A stretch of 46,657 nucleotides of DNA from an uncultured Tissierella sp. (GCA_964403265.1 CAYOFC010000001.1:1-46657), one strand, 5' to 3'. Shown: positions 10,737 through 19,823, counted from the stretch's first letter. The notes: a model not told the origin generated them from the letters alone. Made by a program: numbers and translations.

Positions 10737-10799
10737 AAACGACAAAAATAAATCAAAAGTATTGAAAAATATCATTTGATTTTAAAAGGAGAGAACCAC

Positions 10800-12887
10800 G
10801 TGAAGATTAAGAAGATGCCAAAAAATGTTTTGAAAAGTAAATCCATAAGAAGTAAATTGATTATTAGTATTTTATTAGCTTGTTTTATTCCATATATAAT
10901 TGGGGGAATATACTCCAGTAATTATATAGATAAAAGAATGTGGGACAATAGTGCTGAAAATACGAATGCTATACTCCATCAAGTAGGTGAGTTAATAGAT
11001 ACTTCCTTAATAAAGTCTATGGAAGAAAGTATCAGTATGATTGCCCTAGATGAGAGAGTCCAGAGAACAGATGATACAATAAGTAATTACACCAACTATG
11101 AATCAGAAGGTTTTGTTTACAATCCAAGTATTGTTGAAAAGGATCTTGATAGATATTTTGAATCAATGCAGAGAAGTCATAGCAATGTTAACTTTGTATT
11201 TTTAGGGACAAAAGACGGTGGATATATGGAATATCCTAGATTTAATCCCCAAAGCAACTATAATCCCATGGAAAGACCATGGTATTCTGGTACTATTGGG
11301 AAGGATGATGTAGTGATATCTGATCCATACATTACTGCAGCAACTAATGAAATGGTTGTTAGCTTTACTAGAAACATAAAAAATGGATCTGAAAATATTG
11401 GGGTAGCAGGTATTGGTGTAACAATAGATGAATTAGCAAGAACCATTGGAGATATAAAAATAGGAGAAACGGGATATGTTATTGTTTTAAACAATAATAA
11501 TAAAATTATAGTTAGCCCAGAAAATGAGGATTGGATTCTTAAAACTCCAGAGGAGTTAGGGCTTTCATACTTAATGGATTTGGAATCTATGGTGGGGGAG
11601 ATGCACTTAGAGACTGTAGATGGTACTGAAAAGGTAATGAATGTCTATATATCACCAGAAACAGGGTGGAAAGTTGTATCCACTATAGATAAAGCCGATA
11701 TGTTAAGTGATGCAAATAGTATTAGTAGTATACTTATGAAGGTTTACATATTTACTTTAGCTACTGTTTTTGCCATAACCTTTTATATCAGTGGAACTAT
11801 TTCTAAACCAATTAATGCTGTAACTAAAATAATCCAAAAGCAAGCAAGTCTTAACTTTAAATTTGATGAAACGTCAGATGTACTAAAGTATATAGAAAGG
11901 AAAGATGAGATCGGGATTATGAGTACTGCTTTACGTGAGATGGAAGGTAATGTATCAGAATTTATAATCAGAACTGGAGAGGTTGCGGAGAAAGTGCGAA
12001 TAACAGCTGAAGATTTAAGTGTTATCACTGAGCAATCTGCCTTAGCTTCAGAAGAAGTATCAAGGGCTATAGAAGAAATTGCTAAAGGAACTACAGAGCA
12101 AGCCATGGATACTGAAAACTCTGCACACAATGTGGATGAAATGGAAAGGCTGCTTATTCAAAATGGTGAATATACTAGGGAATTAAATATAGCTGCAAAG
12201 GAAATAGATAAGCAAAAAGAAGAAGGGTTTACAATATTAGCAACTTTAATTGACAAGACAGATGAAAACAATAAAGCTATAGAAAATATTTACGACATAA
12301 TACAAAGTAATAGTGAGAGTGCTGAGAAAATTGAAAGTGCTAGTGGCATGATACAAAGTATAGCGGATCAAACCAACCTTTTAGCACTAAATGCTGCCAT
12401 AGAGGCAGCCAGAGCCGGGGATGCAGGAAGAGGATTTGCAGTTGTAGCTGATGAAATTAGAAAGCTTGCTGAACAGTCTAATGAATTTACAGAAGAAATT
12501 AAAGTAATAATTGATGAGTTAAAGAAAAAGTCAAGGGATGCAGTAGATGATATGGTTCATGTTAGAGAAATAGCTGATGATCAGAAAAACAGTGTGGTGG
12601 AAACAGAAAACAAGTTTGATTCTATCGCAGAGGCTATTGAATCTGTAAATAGTGTTATTGAAAAATTAAACAATTCTTCTGAATTAATGTATTCAAGTAA
12701 AAATAAATTGATTGATTTGATGCAAAATTTATCCGCAATATCAGAGGAAAATGCAGCTGGAACAGAAGAGGCATCAGCCTCTGTGCAAGAGCAGGCAACC
12801 TCTATTGAAGAAATTGCTCATTCAAGCGAGGGGTTATCAAAGATAGCTGAGGATGTAAAAAAATTAATCCAAAACTTCCAAGTATAA
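10800..12887 (+). CDS. methyl-accepting chemotaxis protein (dCache-type sensor, HAMP, MA domain)
   Basis: The ORF opens at TTG 10776. GTG 10800 lies 6 nt after GGAGAG and is the preferred start, with ATG 10815 as an alternative. It has a Cache motif (ERPWYSG) and the signalling hairpin [39 protein letters not shown]. Confidence 0.92.
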   Translation: MKIKKMPKNVLKSKSIRSKLIISILLACFIPYIIGGIYSSNYIDKRMWDNSAENTNAILHQVGELIDTSLIKSMEESISMIALDERVQRTDDTISNYTNYESEGFVYNPSIVEKDLDRYFESMQRSHSNVNFVFLGTKDGGYMEYPRFNPQSNYNPMERPWYSGTIGKDDVVISDPYITAATNEMVVSFTRNIKNGSENIGVAGIGVTIDELARTIGDIKIGETGYVIVLNNNNKIIVSPENEDWILKTPEELGLSYLMDLESMVGEMHLETVDGTEKVMNVYISPETGWKVVSTIDKADMLSDANSISSILMKVYIFTLATVFAITFYISGTISKPINAVTKIIQKQASLNFKFDETSDVLKYIERKDEIGIMSTALREMEGNVSEFIIRTGEVAEKVRITAEDLSVITEQSALASEEVSRAIEEIAKGTTEQAMDTENSAHNVDEMERLLIQNGEYTRELNIAAKEIDKQKEEGFTILATLIDKTDENNKAIENIYDIIQSNSESAEKIESASGMIQSIADQTNLLALNAAIEAARAGDAGRGFAVVADEIRKLAEQSNEFTEEIKVIIDELKKKSRDAVDDMVHVREIADDQKNSVVETENKFDSIAEAIESVNSVIEKLNNSSELMYSSKNKLIDLMQNLSAISEENAAGTEEASASVQEQATSIEEIAHSSEGLSKIAEDVKKLIQNFQV

Positions 12888-12966
12888 CTTATAAAGCAAT
12901 ATAGTAAATGGGCATAAAAAGGGCTTAACTTGATTTGTGATAAAATTTTGAATACCCTTGTACAAT

Positions 12967-13006
12967 ACCTATATTTATGTTTTTATACATAAATATAGGT
13001 ATTTTT
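12967..13006 (+). terminator. intrinsic terminator downstream of the second chemoreceptor
   Basis: ACCTATATTTATG (12967-12979) pairs with CATAAATATAGGT (12988-13000). ATTTTT follows. Confidence 0.7.
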
Positions 13007-13113
13007 GTTATCTTTTTAGAAAAATTGGTATATTAATAGAAGAAAGAACTGTATTTTGCTAAATTAATTATCTAGTTTTTAGATTCTCGCATGCCGATAT
13101 AGGAGGGAGTAAA

Positions 13114-14088
13114 ATGTATAAGAGTAAGATTAGGCATTTAAGATTTAGTAATGATATATTTGAAATCTCAGAACATCAAGAGTTAGATGATATATCTATT
13201 AAAGATGATTGTGTTAACTGGATTAGCATTACATCACTTGATTATGTAGAAGTAATAGATAGTTTAGAAAGAAAGTTCAATATTAGTCCAATGGTTATAG
13301 GGGATATAAAGAATATTAATTTATTTCCTAAAGTTGAGGACTATAAAGATTATTTATTCATGATACTTGAAGATATTGCATTTGACAAAGAGGAGAGATT
13401 TAGAACAAAGCAGCTAAGTTTGATACTCTTTAAGAGTTTGATAGTATCAATAGAAGAGGAAGAATCAAATCTTTTCGATAAAATAAGTAGGAAAATCAAG
13501 GATAGGGTAAATATAATAGAGAATGCTTCGGATCGTATTTTTTATGAAATAGTTGAAAGTGTTGTGGAATACTACTTTGATGTCCTTGAGAATATAGGGG
13601 AAAAAATTGATAGGGTTGAAGATGATTTGCTTTTTAATCCAACCAAAGAAACATTAAGTGAAATCTATACGATAAAAAGGGATTTAATCAGTACTAGAAA
13701 AACTCTTTGGTTAATGAGAAATGCCATGAATAGGATTATTAAAAATGAATTCAATCTGGTGGGTAATAAGGCCCTAAATTATTTTAGAGAAATATATGAT
13801 AATATAGTCCAATTAGTTGACTTAACAGAAACATACAGGGATATTTGTTCTGGTATGTTGGATATATACCTTTCAAGTATTGGAAATAAGACAAATGATA
13901 TAATGAAGGTACTTACCATACTATCTACGATTTTTATTCCCCTAACTTTTTTATCAGGTATTTATGGTATGAATTTCAAGCATATTCCAGAAATTAATTG
14001 GGAATACGGATATGTAGGATTTTGGATAGTCTCAATAATTATTACAGGTTTTATGATACGATTTTTCAAAAAGAAAAGATGGATGTAA
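13114..14088 (+). CDS. corA: magnesium/cobalt transporter CorA
   Basis: 324-aa ORF with two C-terminal TM helices and the signature YGMNF (GMN motif). The SD AGGAGGGAG lies upstream. Confidence 0.92.
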   Translation: MYKSKIRHLRFSNDIFEISEHQELDDISIKDDCVNWISITSLDYVEVIDSLERKFNISPMVIGDIKNINLFPKVEDYKDYLFMILEDIAFDKEERFRTKQLSLILFKSLIVSIEEEESNLFDKISRKIKDRVNIIENASDRIFYEIVESVVEYYFDVLENIGEKIDRVEDDLLFNPTKETLSEIYTIKRDLISTRKTLWLMRNAMNRIIKNEFNLVGNKALNYFREIYDNIVQLVDLTETYRDICSGMLDIYLSSIGNKTNDIMKVLTILSTIFIPLTFLSGIYGMNFKHIPEINWEYGYVGFWIVSIIITGFMIRFFKKKRWM

Positions 14089-14111
14089 TCTTGTGATTTC
14101 CTAAAAAATAT

Positions 14112-14139
14112 TTGACAAGAAGAATTATTGTGGTATTAT
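14112..14139 (+). promoter_or_regulatory. sigma-A promoter of the TetR-MMPL operon
   Basis: TTGACA (14112-14117), a 16-nt spacer, then an extended -10, TGgTATTAT (14131-14139). Confidence 0.55.
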
Positions 14140-14142
14140 ATG

Positions 14143-14160
14143 TTAGTAAGTGCTTACATA
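14143..14160. promoter_or_regulatory. candidate TetR operator (inverted repeat)
   Basis: TTAGTAAG-TG-CTTACATA has GTAAG/CTTAC arms immediately downstream of the -10 element. That is a typical position for an autoregulatory TetR operator. Confidence 0.3.
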
Positions 14161-14173
14161 GGGAGGCGGAAAA

Positions 14174-14734
14174 ATGAAAGTTAATACTAATAAGCGGATG
14201 AGTAGAGAAGAGAGACGGGAGCAAATCCTGGAGTCGGCATTAAATGTTTTTATAGAAAAAGGCTACAATGGATCAACAACAGTGGACATAGCTAGGGAGG
14301 CGGATATATCTGAGGTTACGCTTTTTAGATACTTTGACTCGAAAAAACAAATATTTTTAGATGCAATAGAGCCTATATTAGTTACTAGTTTAAAAGAATC
14401 AATAGTGGCGTCAAAGGATTTAAAGCCTATAGAAAAACTAGAATATATTTTAAAAGACAGAATTGAATTTATATCTAAACACCATAAAGTAATAAAGTTG
14501 ATATTAATGGAAAGTCAAATTAATCCTGAAATAGCCGACTTTAATTTTATAAATCAAATAACGGATTTATTAAAGGACTCAATAGAAGAAACAGGATTGG
14601 AAATAAAGGATAAAGGTTTCTCCATAAGATTGTTAATGGGAAGTATTTTATCATTTTTGTATTTACCAAAAATAGATGATGGAGAAATTGATAATTATGT
14701 AAAGAATCTTATAGATAAAATAGTTGGACAATAA
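14174..14734 (+). CDS. TetR/AcrR family transcriptional regulator
   Basis: 186-aa ORF with an N-terminal HTH (REQILESALNVFIEKGYNGSTTVDIAREADISEVTLFRYFDSKKQIF). Confidence 0.88.
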   Translation: MKVNTNKRMSREERREQILESALNVFIEKGYNGSTTVDIAREADISEVTLFRYFDSKKQIFLDAIEPILVTSLKESIVASKDLKPIEKLEYILKDRIEFISKHHKVIKLILMESQINPEIADFNFINQITDLLKDSIEETGLEIKDKGFSIRLLMGSILSFLYLPKIDDGEIDNYVKNLIDKIVGQ

Positions 14735-14763
14735 AGACTTTAAAGAAAGAGGGATTGATAAGC

Positions 14764-17700
14764 TTGAATAAGTTATTTCTAAAATTAGGAAATAAAATAG
14801 AAAAAACACCTTTCAAAATATTATTTATAAGCATTATAGTATTTGCTATTATGATAACTGGTGCTATAAAAATAAATATGGCAACAGGTAGTGAAACCTT
14901 GGTTAAGACTGACAATGATGCATATATATCTAATTTTGCTATGGAAGAGGAATTTGGTGGTGATGCCATTATGGTATTGCTTGAAGGAGATCAGGAAGAC
15001 TTATTGAAATTGGGTAATATGGAAAAGATGTGGAACGTGGAACAAAGGCTTAAATACAATGAAGGAATATTTACCTTTATGAGTCCAGCTAGTATTGTAC
15101 ATCAAATAACCGATAGACAAGGGACTGAAATAAAAAAACAGATTCCAGATATAAGCAATGGATTAGGTGAGTTAGGAGGCAAACTCACAGAGATAGGTAG
15201 AGAATTATCTAGTAAAGAATTACCAGATCCAGAAGCAGTAGGAAAGAAACTAGATAACTTAATGGAATCAATTGACCCTAGCAAACTTATGGAAGATATG
15301 GGTGGAAAGCAAGAAGCAGAGTTAAAAAATAAGTTTCTTAATATGGGCAATGGTTTAGGTGAAATGGGAGAAAAACTAAGGGTCATAGGAAATGAACTAG
15401 GGAGTAAAGATATACCTAATTCAAATGCAATGGAAGAAAAATTAAGTGAACTTTCAAATATATCTAGGGTCTTTGATGAACTTGCTGGTGGTCAAGATAA
15501 TCTAGCAAAGGGAGTAACAGAGCTAGGGGGAGGATTAGGATTTTCAGCTGAAGGACTAAGAGAAATATCCGTTCAATTAGGGCAGATGGCAGAGCAGATG
15601 AAGGATAATCCACAGATGTATCAAAAGTTAAGCATGTTCGCAGAAAATATAGGGAAAAGTTCTGAAGGTCTATCTAAAATGTCTGAGAACACATCCATAC
15701 TTTCTCAAGGAAATGAAAATACCTCTCAGGCCCTTAATAATATAGGTAAAAAGCTAAAAGAAGAAGTAGAGGAAATGAAAAATAGTTTATCAGCTGATGG
15801 AATATCTTCAGAAGAATTAAAGAAGATGTCAATTGGCTTTGTTACAATGGGGGAAAATTTAGGTGATTTAAGTAGTGGGTTATCCAATATGGCAACAGAA
15901 GGTAGTATACTTCCAGATAGTTCGGAAATACTATCTGGTTTTAAAGCAAATATAGAAAACGAAGTTGCAGGTATGAAAGATAATTTATCAGGTGGAATTT
16001 CACCAGATGAATTAAATATAATGTCTGATGGGTTTATAACTATGGGTGAAAACCTTAGTAAATTAAGTGGTGGACTTAATACCTTCCATGAAAAATCTGG
16101 AATGATGATACCATATTTTCCACATAATCAGAAGGAATTAGATAATATCTTGTATGAAGATGGAGTTTTAAGAGATATATTTTCTGACACTGTAATAGAT
16201 GATAACCATATGATGTTAATGGTTAAATTAAAGGGAAATTTGGATGATAGCACTATTGACTCCATTTTTGAAGATGTATCTTATGCTATGGAGAAAGAAA
16301 ACTTTGATGTTAATTATATAGTGTCAGGAAAACCAGTATTAGACTCTTCATTAAGAGCAGAGATGAAATCCAATATGCTTATTATGGTTGCATCTGCAGT
16401 AGCTCTAATGTTTATAATATTAAATCTAGTATTTAAGCTTAGGTGGAGGGTCTTAAGTCTTGGGATAATATTTATATCGGTAATTGCTACATTGGGGCTA
16501 ATGGGTCATTTAAATGTTTCCATGACCATGGTTTCCATGGCTGTATTCCCAATACTTATTGGTCTAGGTATAGATTATTCAATACAATTCCAAAACAGAT
16601 ACGAAGAGGAACAATCCATAAAGATTACTCTTACACAAATTGGTAAAGCAGTTGGGCTAGCAGTATTGGCTACAGTGTTGGGATTTGCTTCATTATTTGC
16701 TTCACCAGTGCCAATGATACAAGATTTTGGAAAGATGTTAACCATAGGCGTTGGAGTAAGTTTTCTAGGTAGTATATTCTTCTTGATGCCAATACTTGGT
16801 GCTAGAGACACAGTGGCATCAAGGGCAAATGATTTTAAAATTAAGGATTATGATAAACCAACAGTATTGGATAAAATTTTAGGGGCTACAGGGAAGTTAG
16901 TTATTAAACTAGCACCAATAATACTAATAGTATCCATAGGGCTAGCTAGCTTTGGCTTAATAGCTGACACAAAAGTTGGTGTGGAAACAGATATAGAAAG
17001 CTTTATGCCTCAGGATATGGAAGCACTTCATGATATTCACTATATTAGAGATATAGTAGGTTCAACAAATCAAATGGTTATTTTTATGGAAGATGAAAAT
17101 TTATTATCTGAAGACAATCTACAGTGGATGAGATATATGGTAGATGAAGTCAAGGATGAGTTTTCAAGTAATATAGTTGATATTAAGTTTATAGATAATT
17201 TAGTAGGGAATTTTTCAGAGATAGGGGATTTAAACTTTACGGAGTATATGGAAATTGTGAAGAAAGATATACCAGCATCTCAAAGAAAAATGTTTATTAA
17301 TGATGAAATGAACAAGGGCATTATTCTTATGAATGTAGAGCATATGGCAACGGTTGAACTGCAAGAGTTTGTAGAGAATATGGATGCTATGCTAGAAGAT
17401 GCCCCTATAAAGACTTCTATTACAGGAAAATCTGTTTTAGATGTGGAGATGGTTAAGGGATTGACTGATGGTAGGCTTAAAATGACAATTATAGGATTGG
17501 GTTTAGTATTTGTAGCCTTACTATTATTATATAGATCTTTCTTTAAAGCAGTAGTAGCTGTACTTCCAGTTGTTTTGATAGTAGGAATGTCTGGTGGGAT
17601 TATGAATTTATTAGGATTAAAATATACTCCTATAACTGCTACATTAGGGGCATTAGTTTTGGGAATGGGGACTGAAATGACCATAATGTTACTTGAAAGA

Positions 17701-17994
17701 TATTTAGAAGAAAGAAACTTAGGTAGGGAAAAAGAAGAAGCTATGTCAATTACCATAAAAAATATAGGTAAGGCAACAGTAGCATCTGGATTAACAACTG
17801 TGGGTGGATTTAGTGTCCTAATGACTTCAAAGTTTGCCATATTAAAAGACTTTGGTCTGATGACGGTAATCAATATATCCTTGGCTCTAATAGCTACATT
17901 TGTAATATTACCAGCATTAATTTGGGTACTGGATAGATTTATTGTAAAAGAAAAGTCAAAAAAAGAAGTATATAGGGAATTATCTCAAGAATAA
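14764..17994 (+). CDS. MMPL/RND-superfamily membrane transporter with a large Gly/Leu heptad-repeat extracytoplasmic insertion
   Basis: The ORF opens at TTG 14755. TTG 14764 is better spaced, 10 nt after GAGGG. It has two blocks of 5-6 TM helices typical of MMPL proteins and an insertion of about 320 aa between TM1 and the first block. Confidence 0.85.
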   Translation: MNKLFLKLGNKIEKTPFKILFISIIVFAIMITGAIKINMATGSETLVKTDNDAYISNFAMEEEFGGDAIMVLLEGDQEDLLKLGNMEKMWNVEQRLKYNEGIFTFMSPASIVHQITDRQGTEIKKQIPDISNGLGELGGKLTEIGRELSSKELPDPEAVGKKLDNLMESIDPSKLMEDMGGKQEAELKNKFLNMGNGLGEMGEKLRVIGNELGSKDIPNSNAMEEKLSELSNISRVFDELAGGQDNLAKGVTELGGGLGFSAEGLREISVQLGQMAEQMKDNPQMYQKLSMFAENIGKSSEGLSKMSENTSILSQGNENTSQALNNIGKKLKEEVEEMKNSLSADGISSEELKKMSIGFVTMGENLGDLSSGLSNMATEGSILPDSSEILSGFKANIENEVAGMKDNLSGGISPDELNIMSDGFITMGENLSKLSGGLNTFHEKSGMMIPYFPHNQKELDNILYEDGVLRDIFSDTVIDDNHMMLMVKLKGNLDDSTIDSIFEDVSYAMEKENFDVNYIVSGKPVLDSSLRAEMKSNMLIMVASAVALMFIILNLVFKLRWRVLSLGIIFISVIATLGLMGHLNVSMTMVSMAVFPILIGLGIDYSIQFQNRYEEEQSIKITLTQIGKAVGLAVLATVLGFASLFASPVPMIQDFGKMLTIGVGVSFLGSIFFLMPILGARDTVASRANDFKIKDYDKPTVLDKILGATGKLVIKLAPIILIVSIGLASFGLIADTKVGVETDIESFMPQDMEALHDIHYIRDIVGSTNQMVIFMEDENLLSEDNLQWMRYMVDEVKDEFSSNIVDIKFIDNLVGNFSEIGDLNFTEYMEIVKKDIPASQRKMFINDEMNKGIILMNVEHMATVELQEFVENMDAMLEDAPIKTSITGKSVLDVEMVKGLTDGRLKMTIIGLGLVFVALLLLYRSFFKAVVAVLPVVLIVGMSGGIMNLLGLKYTPITATLGALVLGMGTEMTIMLLERYLEERNLGREKEEAMSITIKNIGKATVASGLTTVGGFSVLMTSKFAILKDFGLMTVINISLALIATFVILPALIWVLDRFIVKEKSKKEVYRELSQE
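15145..16095 (+). repeat. internal coding repeats (xxxLxxG heptads, two duplicated modules)
   Basis: ISNGLGELGGKLTEIGRELSSKELPDPEAVGKKLDNL parallels NMGNGLGEMGEKLRVIGNELGSKDIPNSNAMEEKLSEL. EVEEMKNSLSADGISSEELKKMSIGFVTMGENLGDLSSGLSNM parallels ENEVAGMKDNLSGGISPDELNIMSDGFITMGENLSKLSGGLNTF. Confidence 0.75.
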
Positions 17995-18035
17995 ATTAAG
18001 GCCAATTAGGATTATTAATCATAATTGGCCTTAAT
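17995..18035. terminator. bidirectional terminator between the convergent MMPL gene and queT
   Basis: ATTAAGGCCAATTA (17995-18008) pairs with TAATTGGCCTTAAT (18022-18035). Confidence 0.6.
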
Positions 18036-18102
18036 ATTTCTATTATAATTGTTTTTATGCAAATATAATAATTATTATTGCTTACCATTGATGCCGTTTA
18101 AA

Positions 18103-18567
18103 TTATATATCTAATAGACCCAGATACTCTTTTTTAGTCAGATATTTCATTATTGGAACTCCTATTATAGCTACAACTATAAACTGAGAAAGCATAATCT
18201 GACCTGTTATTAGGAAAAAGTTAACTGGTTCAGTGGATAAGAACATAATCTCTAATCCAATAATAAGGCTAAAGAAAGCGGGCCAAATACTTGCTAAGTA
18301 GATATTTTTAGTTTTGCTCATAGCTGTTAAAGCCAGAAAACTTGCCAGGCTACCAAATATTATATCAATAATCCCAAATGGACTTGCAAGATTTGCTATT
18401 GCACATCCTATGGTTAATGGCATTATATAAACTGGATTATAAAAGGCTAACAAAGTCATTATCTCTGATAATCTAAATTGTAAGGGTCCATAGGCAGGAA
18501 GTACTAAGGTAAGAATTGCATATATAGCAGCAATTGCAGCACCCCTTACAAGTCTTTTAGTATTCAT
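18103..18567 (-). CDS. queT: queuosine-precursor transporter QueT (ECF S-component)
   Basis: Polytopic membrane protein of about 154 aa. The N-terminus MNTKRLVRGAAIAAIYAILTLVLPAYGPLQFRLSEIMTLLAFYNP fits the QueT family. ATG 18567 is preferred over the upstream TTG, and it overlaps the last 11 nt of the upstream ORF. Confidence 0.8.
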   Translation of the reverse strand: MNTKRLVRGAAIAAIYAILTLVLPAYGPLQFRLSEIMTLLAFYNPVYIMPLTIGCAIANLASPFGIIDIIFGSLASFLALTAMSKTKNIYLASIWPAFFSLIIGLEIMFLSTEPVNFFLITGQIMLSQFIVVAIIGVPIMKYLTKKEYLGLLDI

Positions 18568-19261
18568 CCTTATCACCAACCCCAAAATCAGTATTGTTCC
18601 AAAGTATCTCTATGTTTTCTTTGGCCTCTAAATATGAATACTCTTCTTTAAACCACTCTATTAACTGATGATCAGCCTTTACAGGTGTAGTATTATCTAC
18701 ATAGATATTGATACATCCACGATTAAAATAAGTCAGCAATATTTCTATATCCTTAGAAATCATACTTTTTGTCTGTCCTTTTATTCCAACTAAAAGACAG
18801 ATAGTATCAAAATAGCTTGCTGCTTCTTCAGGTGATTTGATATTTATCCCTTTTTTCAGATAATTATTCCTAAAATTTTCATCGAAGCTTTCAATGCCAC
18901 ATTTAAATTTGACATTTACACCATTGAAAAACTCTTTAATTTCATCTAATCTATGACGGTAGTTATAGTAGCTCTCAAAATAAAGCTCTTTGATACCTTT
19001 ACTTTGAATTATGTCTTTTATATCTTGTAAGCTGTCCTTAGGTAGTTCAAACACACTTGCTGAGTTTATAACTTCCAACCTATTAAATTCACCAGTCACC
19101 TTACTTAAAACATGATTATTAAAGTCAACCATGGCTACTTCATCTTTGCAATTATCAGAGATATAATCACAAAAAAAACATCGCCCCCATTTACATGGGT
19201 GCGATTTTAATAGTACAATTTCACGTGGATTTTTTTCTAAAATCCTACTATATCGTATCAT
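18557..19261 (-). CDS. radical-SAM-like protein, candidate queuine lyase (QueL-like)
   Basis: 234-aa ORF with an N-terminal Cys cluster HPCKWGRCFFCDY (CX4CX2C). It is translationally coupled to queT and is preceded by a preQ1-riboswitch-like element. The function is inferred from context. Confidence 0.6.
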   Translation of the reverse strand: MIRYSRILEKNPREIVLLKSHPCKWGRCFFCDYISDNCKDEVAMVDFNNHVLSKVTGEFNRLEVINSASVFELPKDSLQDIKDIIQSKGIKELYFESYYNYRHRLDEIKEFFNGVNVKFKCGIESFDENFRNNYLKKGINIKSPEEAASYFDTICLLVGIKGQTKSMISKDIEILLTYFNRGCINIYVDNTTPVKADHQLIEWFKEEYSYLEAKENIEILWNNTDFGVGDKDEY

Positions 19262-19268
19262 TTTATCA

Positions 19269-19308
19269 CTCCCTTGATTTTTTTAGTGGGTTCCAAGGAA
19301 ACACTCTC
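19269..19308 (-). promoter_or_regulatory. candidate class-I preQ1 riboswitch (H-type pseudoknot sequestering the SD)
   Basis: The minus strand reads GAGAGUGUUUCCUUGGAACCCACUAAAAAAAUCAAGGGAG. P1 is AGUG/CACU. P2 is CCUUG (in the loop) with CAAGG (overlapping the SD). An A7U tail lies between them, and the ATG is 7 nt after GGGAG. Confidence 0.55.
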
Positions 19309-19384
19309 AAAATATAATTAGACTATATTAAGTTAACATCTTTAGATAAAAATTGCAATAGACAATAAAATACTTTAGTAAGTA

Positions 19385-19413
19385 TTTTAAAGACCATAAG
19401 ATTGTGCTATAAT
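19385..19413 (+). promoter_or_regulatory. candidate sigma-A promoter with extended -10
   Basis: TGcTATAAT (19405-19413) with a weak -35, TTTTAA, 17 nt upstream. It lies about 30 nt before the SD of the 125-aa ORF. Confidence 0.4.
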
Positions 19414-19445
19414 GGTTAATAAGCATTGAATCAGGAGGTATTAAA

Positions 19446-19823
19446 TTGTTTACATTAATTTATAGATTAGCAATAACTTTATTTGTATTAAGTATGTCTG
19501 GGTATATTTTAGTTGTATTGAAGGAAAAATTTTTACTAAAAAATAATACCATTATAATAGATAATAAGCACTTAACTAGAGAAGATTTAAGTGAAACAGA
19601 TATAAATGAATTTATTTTCAAAGGGCAGAGGATCAAATCAGGTGATGAAATTTTAATGGTTACAAAAAATGATAAGAAAGTAAATGGTACAATAATTGGT
19701 GCCAAAATGTCTGAAGATACAATTCATATTATTACTTATGACAATGATGTTATCAAGTGTAAGATTGATAATATAATTAAGTTTAAAGTAATTAGCAGGT
19801 ACGGTAGATTCTTTAACAACTAG
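19446..19823 (+). CDS. hypothetical membrane-anchored protein (N-terminal TM helix plus small beta-rich domain)
   Basis: 125-aa ORF with a TTG start 7 nt after AGGAGG. It has a hydrophobic N-terminus (LAITLFVLSMSGYILVVL). I recognise no family for it. Confidence 0.6.
   Translation: MFTLIYRLAITLFVLSMSGYILVVLKEKFLLKNNTIIIDNKHLTREDLSETDINEFIFKGQRIKSGDEILMVTKNDKKVNGTIIGAKMSEDTIHIITYDNDVIKCKIDNIIKFKVISRYGRFFNN

Noticed and set aside
10411-10775. A possible c-di-GMP (GEMM) riboswitch or degraded gene in the 365-nt non-coding region before the second chemoreceptor.
   Set aside because: I could not recognise a GEMM-I or GEMM-II core sequence. All six frames are full of stops, and the only SD-associated ORF is 5 codons long with a 3-nt spacer.
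13094-13101. An exact GCCGATAT (sigma-D -10 consensus) immediately upstream of the corA ribosome-binding site.
   Set aside because: No TAAA -35 element lies 14-16 nt upstream, and the resulting transcript would have almost no leader. One chance occurrence of an 8-mer in about 93 kb of two-strand sequence is plausible.
13007-13113. A possible M-box (Mg2+) riboswitch upstream of corA.
   Set aside because: Only about 100 nt lie between the upstream terminator and the corA start, which is too short for the roughly 160-nt M-box. I saw no conserved M-box segments.
17280-17873. A 197-aa minus-strand ORF antisense to the MMPL gene. Similar antisense ORFs occur at 35920-36390, 39580-40137 and 45852-46346.
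   Set aside because: All are embedded antisense in genes with clear family motifs. Their peptides are compositionally biased (S, I, F, L, N) and lack ribosome-binding sites. They are typical frame-shadow ORFs.
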